This document shows positions 17,143 through 26,317 of a stretch of 64,000 nt of DNA, one piece after another. The notes below the pieces were generated by a model. It searched no databases. It had not been told where the DNA came from and was given only the letters and a program-made list of their open reading frames with translations. Origin of the DNA: Longimicrobiales bacterium. GTDB taxonomy: Bacteria; Gemmatimonadota; Gemmatimonadetes; Longimicrobiales; Gaopeijiaceae. The first letter of the stretch is position 1, and the number at the start of each line of letters is the position of its first letter. The DNA lies in assembly GCA_965202985.1 (NCBI GenBank), contig CBDBCF010000002.1, forward strand, positions 32,001-96,000, given 5' to 3'. Both the position numbers and the translations under genes were made by a program.

Positions 17143-19029
17143 ATGAAGCACCGAACCGCCGCGGCGCTGGGCGTTGGCTTGACGGCCGTGCTGGCCTCGG
17201 CCGGCGCCTTGGTCAACGGATTCGCCTACGACGACCTGCCCATCGTCGCCGAGAACACGGACATCCACAGCCCGGCCACCCTGCCCGGAGCCGTTCTCGA
17301 TCCCTACTGGCCCGGTCCGCGCGGCCGGGAGCTTGGCCTGTGGAGGCCGCTGACGACCGGAGCACTCGGCCTTCAGTGGCAGATGTGGGGCGGGTCGCCG
17401 CTCGGCTTCCACGCAACGAACGTGCTCCTCTGCGGCGTGGTCGCGACGCTGCTGTTCGTCCTGATCTCCGGGCACGTCATGTCCCCGTCGGCGGCGTTCG
17501 CTGCGGGCCTGCTGTTCGCCGCGCATCCCGTGCACGTCGAGGCCGTGGCCAACGTGGTGGGCCTCTCCGAACTCTTGTCCGCAGTCTTCTTCCTTCTTGC
17601 CTGCATCGTCGTGGCCCGCCGTCCCGAGCCTGGGGCCATGACGGCCGGGCCCGTGGTCGTGGTGGCGCTCCTCTACCTGCTGGCACTCCTGTCCAAGGAG
17701 AGCGCCGCCGGGTTGCCGGGGGCCGTGCTCGCGGTCGACGCCTGCCGACGGAACGGAACCCTGCCCGGCGCCGGCCCCTACCTGCGCGACCGTGGGGCGC
17801 TCTACACCGCGATGGGAGGCGTGGCGGCACTGGTCCTGGCGGCGCGGTTCCATGTCTTGGGCAGCCTGGCGAGCGCCTCGCCGCCCCTTGGGGCCGAGGT
17901 CCTGGCGGAAGGAGGCGTGCCCCGCATCTGGACGGTGCTGTCGACCTGGCCCGAGATCGTTCGCCTGTTTGCGTTTCCGTTGCGGCTGTCGGCGGACTAC
18001 GCCCCGGCCGTGATTCCGCTCGCGCACGGGTGGACGTCGCGGAACGTCCTGGGGCTCGCGGCCGGGCTCGCCACGCTGGGTTGCGCATGGCTCTCCTGGC
18101 GGCGCGGGGGAGAGGCGCGCGCGGTCGCGTTCGGCGTCCTTTGGTTCGGCGCGGCCTACCTGCCGGCCTCCAACCTGCTCTTCCTGACCGGCACGTTGCT
18201 GGCGGAACGGACCCTGTTTCTGCCGTCCGCAGGGTTCGCGGCTGCGACCGGGTGGTTGGTGGACCGGTTCCGTCGTCGGCGTCCCCGCGCCGGCGTCCTG
18301 CTGTTGGTGCTGGCGACGGGCCTGCTCTTCGGGCGGGCGGTCGCCCGCGCGCCGGCGTGGAAGGACAACCAAGCCGTGTTCTCGACGCTCCTTCGCGACC
18401 AACCACGGTCCGGCCGGGCCCAGTGGGTGGCGGGAGACCTGTACCTGGAGCAGAGCGAACACGCTCGGGCGCTGGCGGCCTACGGGAGCGCGACGAGACT
18501 GCTGGGCGGAAGCTACGCGCTGCGGTCCGCCGCGGGCCGGCGTCTGCTGGCCGCCGGGCTCGACGGGGCGGGGGAGCAGATGCTTCGCGGGGCGTGGCGG
18601 GACCAGCCCCGAATCGGCGACGCGCCGGCTCGGCTGGCAGCGCTCTACGACCGTCAAGGGCGGTGGGTCGAAGCCGAGGCTGCTGCGCGGGCGGCGCTCG
18701 CGGCCGGGGCGGGAAGCGTGGTCCAGGGTCACCTGCTCGCGCGAGCGCTGGCCAGCCAAGGCCGACATGCCGAGGCGGCGGAAGCCCGGAGGGCGGTCAT
18801 CCGCTCCGGAGAGGACCGGTGGCAGCAGTGGGCCTGGTTGGCGGAGGCGGAGTTCGCCGCCGGGCGGTTCGTCGAGGCGCTGGACCACCTGGACTCGGCC
18901 CGCGTCCGCACCGACAACGCCCAAGACGTCGCTCGGATCGACTCGATCCGCGCCCAATACCGCAAGCTGCTTCGAGAAGGAGACCTCAAATGCAATCTCA
19001 AAACGGATTCACGCTCATCGAACTGCTGA
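17143..19029 (+). CDS. TMTC/DUF1736-like GT-C membrane glycosyltransferase with C-terminal TPRs
   Basis: NGFAYDD..IV.EN, WRPLTT, FAAHPVHVEAVANVVG, LLSKE, LSADY, LAERTLFLPS, W(KD)N motifs; many TM helices followed by TPR-like helices. Confidence 0.82.
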   Translation: MKHRTAAALGVGLTAVLASAGALVNGFAYDDLPIVAENTDIHSPATLPGAVLDPYWPGPRGRELGLWRPLTTGALGLQWQMWGGSPLGFHATNVLLCGVVATLLFVLISGHVMSPSAAFAAGLLFAAHPVHVEAVANVVGLSELLSAVFFLLACIVVARRPEPGAMTAGPVVVVALLYLLALLSKESAAGLPGAVLAVDACRRNGTLPGAGPYLRDRGALYTAMGGVAALVLAARFHVLGSLASASPPLGAEVLAEGGVPRIWTVLSTWPEIVRLFAFPLRLSADYAPAVIPLAHGWTSRNVLGLAAGLATLGCAWLSWRRGGEARAVAFGVLWFGAAYLPASNLLFLTGTLLAERTLFLPSAGFAAATGWLVDRFRRRRPRAGVLLLVLATGLLFGRAVARAPAWKDNQAVFSTLLRDQPRSGRAQWVAGDLYLEQSEHARALAAYGSATRLLGGSYALRSAAGRRLLAAGLDGAGEQMLRGAWRDQPRIGDAPARLAALYDRQGRWVEAEAAARAALAAGAGSVVQGHLLARALASQGRHAEAAEARRAVIRSGEDRWQQWAWLAEAEFAAGRFVEALDHLDSARVRTDNAQDVARIDSIRAQYRKLLREGDLKCNLKTDSRSSNC

Positions 19030-19388
19030 TCGTCCTCGTCATCGTCGGCATCCTCATGGCGATCGCCGTACCCCAGTTCTCCGAGACTCGGGAGAAGGCG
19101 TTCTTCGCAGCCATGAAGGCCGACGCGAGAAACATGGCGAACCAGCAGGAGCTCTACTACACCGACAACTACAGCTACAGCAGCGATCTGTCGGCGCTGA
19201 GCTTCGTGTCGTCCGAAGGCGTAACAGTAAGCCCGGCGGGGACCACGTCGGGATGGTCGGCCACCGTCACGCACGACGCCCTGGGCGACGAGGAAGGCTG
19301 CGCCATCTACTACGGCACCGTGGCGGACAAGCCCACGATCGGCGGAAAGACGCCGGAGGCGGAGGGACAGGTCGTATGCACCAGTTGA
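18990..19388 (+). CDS. Type IV major pilin (PilA/PilE-like)
   Basis: Prepilin site NG|FTLIELLIVLVIVGILMAIAVP; two C-terminal Cys; SD aaggag. Confidence 0.92.
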   Translation: MQSQNGFTLIELLIVLVIVGILMAIAVPQFSETREKAFFAAMKADARNMANQQELYYTDNYSYSSDLSALSFVSSEGVTVSPAGTTSGWSATVTHDALGDEEGCAIYYGTVADKPTIGGKTPEAEGQVVCTS

Positions 19389-19852
19389 GGCGCGGGAGCA
19401 GGTTGGGGCGCCGAACCGGCGGGGGACGCGGCGGATTCTCTCTGATCGAGCTGATGCTGGTGCTCGCGTGCGCCGCGGCGCTGGCGCCCCCGCTGGCGGG
19501 TTCGGCGGCCAAGCTGCGACGGGACTTCGAGCTTCGGCAGGCGCAAGAGGAGGCGGCTCGCCTTCTTGCCTTGGCCCGGTGGACCGCCGCGGGCACGGGC
19601 GGGGCCGTGGTCGAGCTGGTGGCGGACCCGCCGGGGGGAGTGGTCTTGTCCGCCGCGGGCGACACGGTGGCGTCGGCTCGGTTCGGAAGCGGAGGCGCGA
19701 CCTTGCGGCTTTCCAGGGACAGGGCGTCGGCTCGGCTGCGCTTCGGTCCGCTGGGGCTGGGTCTCGTGTCCAGTCAGACGCTCGCCTTTTCGGCGGCGGG
19801 CGAGGAGCGGTTGCTGGTCGTTTCTTCCCTGGGCCGCGTGACGCGGCGATGA
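19376..19852 (+). CDS. Minor pilin (FimT/GspH-like)
   Basis: GG|FSLIELMLVL; LRFGPLG...LVVSSLGRV C-terminus. Confidence 0.75.
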   Translation: MHQLRRGSRLGRRTGGGRGGFSLIELMLVLACAAALAPPLAGSAAKLRRDFELRQAQEEAARLLALARWTAAGTGGAVVELVADPPGGVVLSAAGDTVASARFGSGGATLRLSRDRASARLRFGPLGLGLVSSQTLAFSAAGEERLLVVSSLGRVTRR

Positions 19853-20196
19853 ACCGCACGGGGGCGTCGCTGGTCGAGGTCGTCGTGGCCGCCGCGCTGC
19901 TGGGCGTAGGGCTTTCAGGCGTGGCGGCGCTGACCGGCGCCTCGGCCCGGACGCTCGGTCGCGCGCGCGCCATGGACGACGCGCGCTTCGTCCTGGAGAG
20001 CTTCGCCGATTCCGTGCTCGCGACGGGGGGCGGGACGCCCGGCACGGGAGCGCGGCAGCTGGAGGCCGGAGTGCTGAGCTGGGAGTTCGCCGCGCCCGGG
20101 ACGACGGGTTGGGTGAGCTTTCAGCACGTGGCCCTGCCGGAGCCGATGGTGATCGACTTCGCCGCGCCGGCGCCCTTTCGCGCTGCGGCGCCGTGA
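19849..20196 (+). CDS. Minor pilin (PilV-like)
   Basis: MNRTG|ASLVEVVVAAALLG; ATGA overlap with the previous gene. Confidence 0.72.
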   Translation: MNRTGASLVEVVVAAALLGVGLSGVAALTGASARTLGRARAMDDARFVLESFADSVLATGGGTPGTGARQLEAGVLSWEFAAPGTTGWVSFQHVALPEPMVIDFAAPAPFRAAAP

Positions 20197-20909
20197 GCGG
20201 GCGGGGCGGCTTCATGACGGCCGAAGCCGTGGTTGCGGCGACGCTCCTGTTGCTGTTGATCCAGGCGGCGTGGTCGGTGGTGGCCGTGCAGGGCGGGGCG
20301 GCCGTCCGCGTGGTGGAGGGCGCTCGGGTCTTGGAGGAGACGCGCTTGGTCGGGCACGTCCTGGGCCTTGAAGTGCGGCCAGGGCTGGCCGGTCGAGACT
20401 GGTCGGTTGCCGGGGGCGAACTGCGGTTGCGCGCGTTCCGCGGACTGGGCTTCGCATGTCCAGGCCAGCCTCCCGCCGGCTGGGGCGTGAACGTTTCCGG
20501 GCACCGCAACCCGGACCCGGACAAGGATTCGGTGCTGGTGGTCACGGCCCAGGGCGTTTGGCGGACGGCGGCGCTCGCGCGCCGGTCCAGGGGCCGCAAC
20601 CTGAACTGCCCGACGGCGGTCGGCTTTGCGCCCCAGGCATGGCGACTGGAACCGGCGGTCGCCGACGCAGTGGCGGGGCTGTACTTCGAGCGGGGATCGT
20701 ATCGGCTCTCGGACGGCGCGTTTCGCTACCGTCGCGGTAGCCGCTGGCAACCCCTGACGAGCGCCGGGCTGGCGATGGACTCGACCGCGTTGTCGGCGGT
20801 GGGCGGGGGCGTCGGCGTCCGGCTGGATTGGAAGAGCAGGGACGGGTCCGCCCAGGGTCGGGCAGCCGTGCCCTCTTCGCGTCGCTGGACCGCGTGGGGC
20901 CGCAGGTGA
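20193..20909 (+). CDS. Minor pilin (PilW-like)
   Basis: RGG|FMTAEAVVA hydrophobic N-terminus; GTGA overlap. Confidence 0.65.
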   Translation: MSGRGGFMTAEAVVAATLLLLLIQAAWSVVAVQGGAAVRVVEGARVLEETRLVGHVLGLEVRPGLAGRDWSVAGGELRLRAFRGLGFACPGQPPAGWGVNVSGHRNPDPDKDSVLVVTAQGVWRTAALARRSRGRNLNCPTAVGFAPQAWRLEPAVADAVAGLYFERGSYRLSDGAFRYRRGSRWQPLTSAGLAMDSTALSAVGGGVGVRLDWKSRDGSAQGRAAVPSSRRWTAWGRR

Positions 20910-21919
20910 CCGGCGCGCCGGGCGGCGACGGGCGGGCGGGCTTTGCCCTGATCCTGGTGTTGCTGGCGCTGCTGGCCCTCCTAGGGATCGCTTCGGCCGC
21001 TGTGGCGGCGACGATGGCGCAAGTTCGGGCCGCGTCGGTGGCGGGGCAGGTGCTGGCGGCGCGCGCTGCGGCCCGGAGCGAGCTCGAAACGGTCTTGGCG
21101 TCCACCGTCGGGGCACCCGCTGCTTCCGTAGGCGGGTCGGCCGTGGAGCTTGCGGCGGACACCTTCCGAAGCAACGGGTCGTGGACGGTGCTGGACCTTC
21201 GCCTGTCCACCGAGATGCACCTGCTGGGCGGCGAAGCCGTCACGGGCGGCCGCGTCGGATACCGGCACTGGCGCGCCGTCTGGTGGATGGACCCGGACGC
21301 CCGCGTGGCCGCGCACCGAGCCGTGGTGGAAGGCGCGAGCACGGCGGTCGCGGCCGGAGCCCGAATCGAATCGACCCACCTCTTGGGCAGCCGACCCGAC
21401 GTGCCTGCGTGCGACGGACGGCCGGTCCTGGACGACGCCTTCGGCGATCCCGGCTTCCCGCCGACGGGGCCCCTCTCGGTGTCTCCCGACCGCGCGCATC
21501 GCCTGGGGTTGCTGACGTGGCCAACCCTGGTGTCGCTCGCCACCGTCAACCTGTCGTCCGGACCACCGCCGGCCGGCTCCTGTCCGAGCTGCTGGCAGGG
21601 CTTGGTCGTCGGATCGGGAGCCACGGAATGGACGGGCGCGGGCCGTGGCGTGCTGGCCGTGGACGGCGATTTGGCGTTGAGCACCGGCGCCTCGTGGACC
21701 GGGCTCGTGCTGGCCGCAGGAGATGCCGTCCTGCGGGACGGGGCCAAGGTCACGGGACTTCTCCGGGCCGGCGGGCGGGCGGTCTTGGAGTCCGGGGCCG
21801 AGGTGGTCGGCTCGGCGTGCGCGGCACTGTCCGGAATCGCCTCGGCTTCGGCCTTGCGGCGCCCTCTGGCGTTGCCCGGTCCGCACTGGGCGGAGCCCTT
21901 CGCTGCGGGGCCGCGGTAG
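20906..21919 (+). CDS. Minor pilin (PilX-like)
   Basis: RAG|FALILVLLALLALLG (lacks Glu5, typical of PilX); GTGA overlap. Confidence 0.68.
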   Translation: MTGAPGGDGRAGFALILVLLALLALLGIASAAVAATMAQVRAASVAGQVLAARAAARSELETVLASTVGAPAASVGGSAVELAADTFRSNGSWTVLDLRLSTEMHLLGGEAVTGGRVGYRHWRAVWWMDPDARVAAHRAVVEGASTAVAAGARIESTHLLGSRPDVPACDGRPVLDDAFGDPGFPPTGPLSVSPDRAHRLGLLTWPTLVSLATVNLSSGPPPAGSCPSCWQGLVVGSGATEWTGAGRGVLAVDGDLALSTGASWTGLVLAAGDAVLRDGAKVTGLLRAGGRAVLESGAEVVGSACAALSGIASASALRRPLALPGPHWAEPFAAGPR

Positions 21920-21924
21920 AGGTC

Positions 21925-22980
21925 GTGAGGTTGTTCGCTCGGCGGAGGACCACGCTCGGCCTGGACGTGGGAAGCGGCCACGTCAAGCTCGTGGAAGTGG
22001 ATCACCGAGGAAGCGAGCCTCGGGTCTTGCGCGCGGCTGCCCGCCCCGTGCCTTCGGGCGCCGTGGCCGACGGCGAGGTGGCGGACCCGGAGCTGCTGGC
22101 GGAGACGATCCGAGAGCTGGTGCACGAATCGGGCACGCAGACGCGAGAGGTCGTGGCGGCTCTGGGCGGGCATCACGTCTTCGTCAAGAAGGTGGAGATG
22201 CGCGCGACGCGAACCGACTTCGGGAAGGCCGTGCGGAAGGAGGCCGAGCGCCACGTCCCCTTCGACATCGACGGCGTCGAGCTGGACTTCCACCAGCTGA
22301 GCGGCGCGTCGCACGGCGGGGGACCAGCGAAGGACGGCGCGGTGGAAGGGCTGCTCGTGGCGGCCAAGCGGGAAGTCGTGGACGAGAAGGCAGCTCTCCT
22401 GGCCGAGGCGGGCCTCAGCGCGGTCGTCATGGACGTCGAGGCCTTTGCCCTTCACAACGCCTTCGTGCACAACCACGCTCAAGCCGCCCAAGGCATGGTC
22501 GCGCTCGTGGACGCCGGCCACCAGACGGCCAGCGTGAGCATCGCCGAGGACGGCCTTCCCTTGCTGTCCCGCGAACTCGTCGCCGGCTGCCGAAGCCTTC
22601 GGGGCAGCCTGGAACGCGAGCTCGGCCTTCCACCCGCCCGCGCAGAGGCGGTGGCGCGCGGTCGCGAGCCGCTGGACGGCTTGGCCCGGTTCGTGGACGT
22701 CATGGCTCAAGAGCTTGCGGACGCAATCGAGAGAACCTCGGCGTTCCTTGCCAAACGGCGTGCCGGCATGGGGTTGGCGCGCATCTTCCTGAGCGGCGGC
22801 GCAGCCTGCGTACCCGGCTTGGCCGAAGGCTTGGCGACCCGAACCGCCGTCGACACCCGACTTGCGAACCCCTTCCTCCGCGTGCGCCTCGCCCCCGGCG
22901 TCCATTGCAGCGGCCTGTCCCTGGAGGAAAGCGCTCCCATGCTGCTCCTCCCCCTGGGCCTCGCCCTCCGTTCCCTGTAG
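21925..22980 (+). CDS. pilM: Type IV pilus assembly protein PilM
   Basis: LGLDVGSGHVKLVE, EAERHVPFD, LLVAAKRE, DVEAFALHNAF, IFLSGGAA, ANPF, LGLALR. Confidence 0.9.
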   Translation: MRLFARRRTTLGLDVGSGHVKLVEVDHRGSEPRVLRAAARPVPSGAVADGEVADPELLAETIRELVHESGTQTREVVAALGGHHVFVKKVEMRATRTDFGKAVRKEAERHVPFDIDGVELDFHQLSGASHGGGPAKDGAVEGLLVAAKREVVDEKAALLAEAGLSAVVMDVEAFALHNAFVHNHAQAAQGMVALVDAGHQTASVSIAEDGLPLLSRELVAGCRSLRGSLERELGLPPARAEAVARGREPLDGLARFVDVMAQELADAIERTSAFLAKRRAGMGLARIFLSGGAACVPGLAEGLATRTAVDTRLANPFLRVRLAPGVHCSGLSLEESAPMLLLPLGLALRSL

Positions 22981-22990
22981 CGGCGTCATC

Positions 22991-23656
22991 TTGATCGAAA
23001 TCGATCTCCTCAAGGCCGGCAAGAGGGCCCGAAATCGACGGCCCAGTCGCCTGGACTCGGCCGTGTGGAGCCTCCAAAGCCTCATGGCCGACCCTTGCGT
23101 CGTGTCGTGCGCCGCGGCCGTCGTCGCATGCGTCGCGGTCTCGGGTTACATGCTGCTGTCCGCGCCGAAGCGCCGCGCCGCGAATGCCGCCCCGTTGGAC
23201 CGCGCGGTGCAGGACTCGATTCGACATGCGGCCGAGCTGGCGACGATCGGGAACATGCAGCAGGACTTGAATCAGATCGCCGGATGGGTCACGGCCGTCG
23301 AGAAGATCGATCGACGGCGCTACGAGTGGCCCCGGATCATGAGCGAAGTCGCCGGATTGCTCCCGCCCGAGGCATGGATCGTTCGCCTGGACCGGTCCGC
23401 TCCCGGAATGCCGACCGGGTTTCGGATCGAGGGGAGGGCGTGGAGCGAGGAAGCCGTTGAAGGCTTCCGGGACGGCTTGGATTCGTCGCCCTCCATGGTC
23501 GGCGTGCAGGTGGTCGCCGTGGAGCAGGTGACGAATCCCGCCGAAGGCACCGAGTCCGGGCAACGCTATCATCGCTTCCTGCTGGACGGTGGCTACGAAA
23601 TCGCGGTCGCGGATGCCGCCGATCCGAGCTGGGGCGGGTCGGAGGCTTCGCCGTGA
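22991..23656 (+). CDS. pilN: Type IV pilus assembly protein PilN
   Basis: MIEIDLL start, TM helix, coiled coil, WPRIMSEVAGLLPPEAWI; position after pilM. Confidence 0.8.
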   Translation: MIEIDLLKAGKRARNRRPSRLDSAVWSLQSLMADPCVVSCAAAVVACVAVSGYMLLSAPKRRAANAAPLDRAVQDSIRHAAELATIGNMQQDLNQIAGWVTAVEKIDRRRYEWPRIMSEVAGLLPPEAWIVRLDRSAPGMPTGFRIEGRAWSEEAVEGFRDGLDSSPSMVGVQVVAVEQVTNPAEGTESGQRYHRFLLDGGYEIAVADAADPSWGGSEASP

Positions 23657-24261
23657 GCCTGCTTCCCGCCGACCCGGCGCGACGGAACGCGGTCCTGGCG
23701 GCGCTCCTGGCGCTGTCTTCGATCTACTTTGCCTACACCTATGTCCATGGGCCCGCCGTCGAAGACCGCGAACAGAGCGAGCGTCGGATCTCCAGCCTGA
23801 AGGAGTGGAACTCGCAGGCGGCCGAGAAGGCTGGAAGCGACGCTGGTCTCGGGCCGCGACTGGCCAGGTACCAAGAGCACGCCGCGCGCCTGGAGCGCGT
23901 GGTCGCCACGGAGCGAGAACTGGGCGGGCTGCGAGATGTGGTGTCGCGCGAGGCGCGTGCGGCGGGCGCCGAGGTTGCGTTCATTCGCCTGCTGAGCCGC
24001 GAGGCGGACGAGTTCTTCGAGCTCCAAGGCTACGAGGCGAGAGTCACGGGGGACTACCACGCGATCGGGCGATTTGCGACGGCCGTCGCTTCGCTGGAAA
24101 GGATCGTGGTGCCCGTCGTCGTCGCCATCATACCGGCCGACGGACCCTCGGGAACCGACAGCGGCCAAGTGGTGGCCGACCTGGAGCTCTTCGTCCCCGT
24201 CTTCGTCCCGGGCAAGAGCGCCGTCGACGCGGGCGATCCCGCCGAAGAACCCCTTCCGTGA
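23653..24261 (+). CDS. pilO: Type IV pilus assembly protein PilO
   Basis: TM helix then GDYHAIGRF...VASLERIV motif; synteny. Confidence 0.8.
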   Translation: MSLLPADPARRNAVLAALLALSSIYFAYTYVHGPAVEDREQSERRISSLKEWNSQAAEKAGSDAGLGPRLARYQEHAARLERVVATERELGGLRDVVSREARAAGAEVAFIRLLSREADEFFELQGYEARVTGDYHAIGRFATAVASLERIVVPVVVAIIPADGPSGTDSGQVVADLELFVPVFVPGKSAVDAGDPAEEPLP

Positions 24262-24308
24262 AGCAATCCGCAATCAATTCGGTCCGCAACCAATTGGAGA
24301 CTCTTGCA

Positions 24309-24785
24309 ATGAAGAAACGGATGGAATTCCTGTTCGCCGCGGCCGTCGCCTGGGGGCCGGGTTGCCGGCCTGGGGGGCAACCGCCGACCGAGACGTCCTC
24401 GGTTGCGCCGCCCCAGGCGTCGGCAGTCCCGCCCGCACAGTCGCAACCCGAAGCGTTGCCGTGGGAGCGAGATCGGTTCGAGTACGAAGCCGACGACGTG
24501 CGAAACCCGTTCCTGCCCCCTCGCCGGGAGGTTCCGCAGGGTCCGCGCTTCCACGAGCTGGTGCTGCTGGGCGTCGTTCTGGCTTCGGATGCGGAACGCG
24601 GCGTCGCGCTCCTCCGGGCAGGCAGAACGCGTGGGTCCCCGACGTTCCGCGTGCAGCCCGGAGAGGAACTGGGAGAAGTGCGCGTGCTTGCCGTGCGACG
24701 CGACAGAGTGGTCGTTGCCGTCGAAGGGCAGGCGGGCGAGGCCGAGATCGTGCTTCCTCGGCGCGCGGACGGGGGCGGATCGTGA
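24309..24785 (+). CDS. PilP-like lipoprotein
   Basis: Cys after short leader, FEYEADDVRNPF motif, LLGVV...ALL; lies between pilO and pilQ. Confidence 0.65.
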   Translation: MKKRMEFLFAAAVAWGPGCRPGGQPPTETSSVAPPQASAVPPAQSQPEALPWERDRFEYEADDVRNPFLPPRREVPQGPRFHELVLLGVVLASDAERGVALLRAGRTRGSPTFRVQPGEELGEVRVLAVRRDRVVVAVEGQAGEAEIVLPRRADGGGS

Positions 24786-26272
24786 GGCGGCACGGCTTGC
24801 GCTTCGGACGGTCGCCCAACCACGGCCGTCGCGATGGACGGCCGACGTGGCGCAACGTGAAACCGCGCCGTCTGGTCGGCTTGGGTTCTTGGCTTGCGGT
24901 GCCGGCTCGGTTGGCGCTTGCGGCGGGCGTGACGCCGACGGATGCGCTTGTGCCGACGGCGCTTTCCGCCCAGGAGGCCGTCGCACAGGATGCCCCCGCG
25001 CCTGCGGAGGCGCAACGGGTCACGGTGTCCTTCGCCGATGCTCCCATTCGGGACGTCCTGTTCACCTTCGCGGAGTTTGCGGACCGCTCCATCGTGGCCG
25101 GCGCCCGCGTGGACGGACTGGTGTCGGCGGAGATCCGCGACCAGCCGTGGGACGTGGCGCTCCACGCGGTGCTGGAGGCGCACGGGCTGGTGGCTCGCGA
25201 TACGGAGAGCGGGATCGTGCAGGTGGAGGATGCGCGGAGCCTCTTCGAGCGAGAGGCCGTCGTCCCGCTGGAGACGCGGACCTTCCGCGTGGGCTACGCC
25301 TCCGCCGTCGAGATGCAGGACCCCGCGGCCGCTCTTCTGAGCGAACGGGGCCGCGTGTCCGTGGGCGAAGCCGCCAACGCCCTGGTGGTGACCGACGTGC
25401 CTAGGGTGCTCGCCGCGGTGGAAGCGCTGGTCGCCGCCCTGGACGTGCCGGCGCCGCAAGTGGACATCGCCGCCCGGATCGTGTTCGTGAACCGCACGGG
25501 CCTGGAGGAGTTCGGGATCAGATACGACCTCAAGGACCTGAACGGCAACCAGCTCAACTCCCTGGCGCCGGGGGTTGTCGACGGCGAGCAGGTGGACCGG
25601 GGAACCAACGTCGTGTCCTTGCGCGGCACCTCCCTGGCCGCCCTGGGCAACGCCACGCAGCGCGTGTCCAGCCCCACGCTCTCCCTTGTGGCGTCGTTGG
25701 TCATGGGGAAAGACATGACCCTGCTCGCCTTCATCGACGCGCTCCAGTCGGTCCAGCTCGCCGATGTGGAGGCGAGCCCGTCGGTCCGCGTCCTGGACAA
25801 CCACACGGCCAAGATCGTCGTGGGCGAAGAGACGCCCGTCCGGGTCGTGGACGCCGGGGCGCAGGGAGGCGGCGCGGAGGGCGGTGGTTCGGCTCGCTCG
25901 GGGCCGGTGGCCACGGTGGACTACAAGGAGACCGGAGTGATCCTGGAGGTCACGCCCCGAGTGGCCCCGAGCGGCGACGTGCACTTGGACTTGGTGGCGG
26001 AGCGTTCTTCCGCGGACTTGGGGCCGTCGGACGTGGGCCTGATCTTTCGCCGGCAAAGAGCCGAATCCCGCGTGCTGGTGAAGGACGGCGAGACGGTCGT
26101 GATCGGCGGGCTGATCGTGGAGGAGACGAGCGAGGCCTGGGCCGGCATCCCCGTCCTGATGGACCTTCCCTGGCTGGGTGCCCTCTTCCGCTCCCGACGC
26201 GAATCGCTGGTGGAGAGGGAACTGATCATCCTAGTCACGCCGACCGTTGTGCGCGCGGAGGCGCCCCAGTGA
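24782..26272 (+). CDS. pilQ: Type IV pilus secretin PilQ
   Basis: VTVSFADAPIRDVL, DQPWDVAL, LDVPAPQVDIAARIV, YKETGVILEVTPRV, DGETVVIGGL, GIPVLMDLPWLGALFR, ELIILVTPTVV; start uncertain. Confidence 0.9.
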   Translation: MRRHGLRFGRSPNHGRRDGRPTWRNVKPRRLVGLGSWLAVPARLALAAGVTPTDALVPTALSAQEAVAQDAPAPAEAQRVTVSFADAPIRDVLFTFAEFADRSIVAGARVDGLVSAEIRDQPWDVALHAVLEAHGLVARDTESGIVQVEDARSLFEREAVVPLETRTFRVGYASAVEMQDPAAALLSERGRVSVGEAANALVVTDVPRVLAAVEALVAALDVPAPQVDIAARIVFVNRTGLEEFGIRYDLKDLNGNQLNSLAPGVVDGEQVDRGTNVVSLRGTSLAALGNATQRVSSPTLSLVASLVMGKDMTLLAFIDALQSVQLADVEASPSVRVLDNHTAKIVVGEETPVRVVDAGAQGGGAEGGGSARSGPVATVDYKETGVILEVTPRVAPSGDVHLDLVAERSSADLGPSDVGLIFRRQRAESRVLVKDGETVVIGGLIVEETSEAWAGIPVLMDLPWLGALFRSRRESLVERELIILVTPTVVRAEAPQ

Positions 26273-26317
26273 GCCCCGACCGCTTCCCCGGCGGTGGCGG
26301 CTTGGCTATCTATGATC

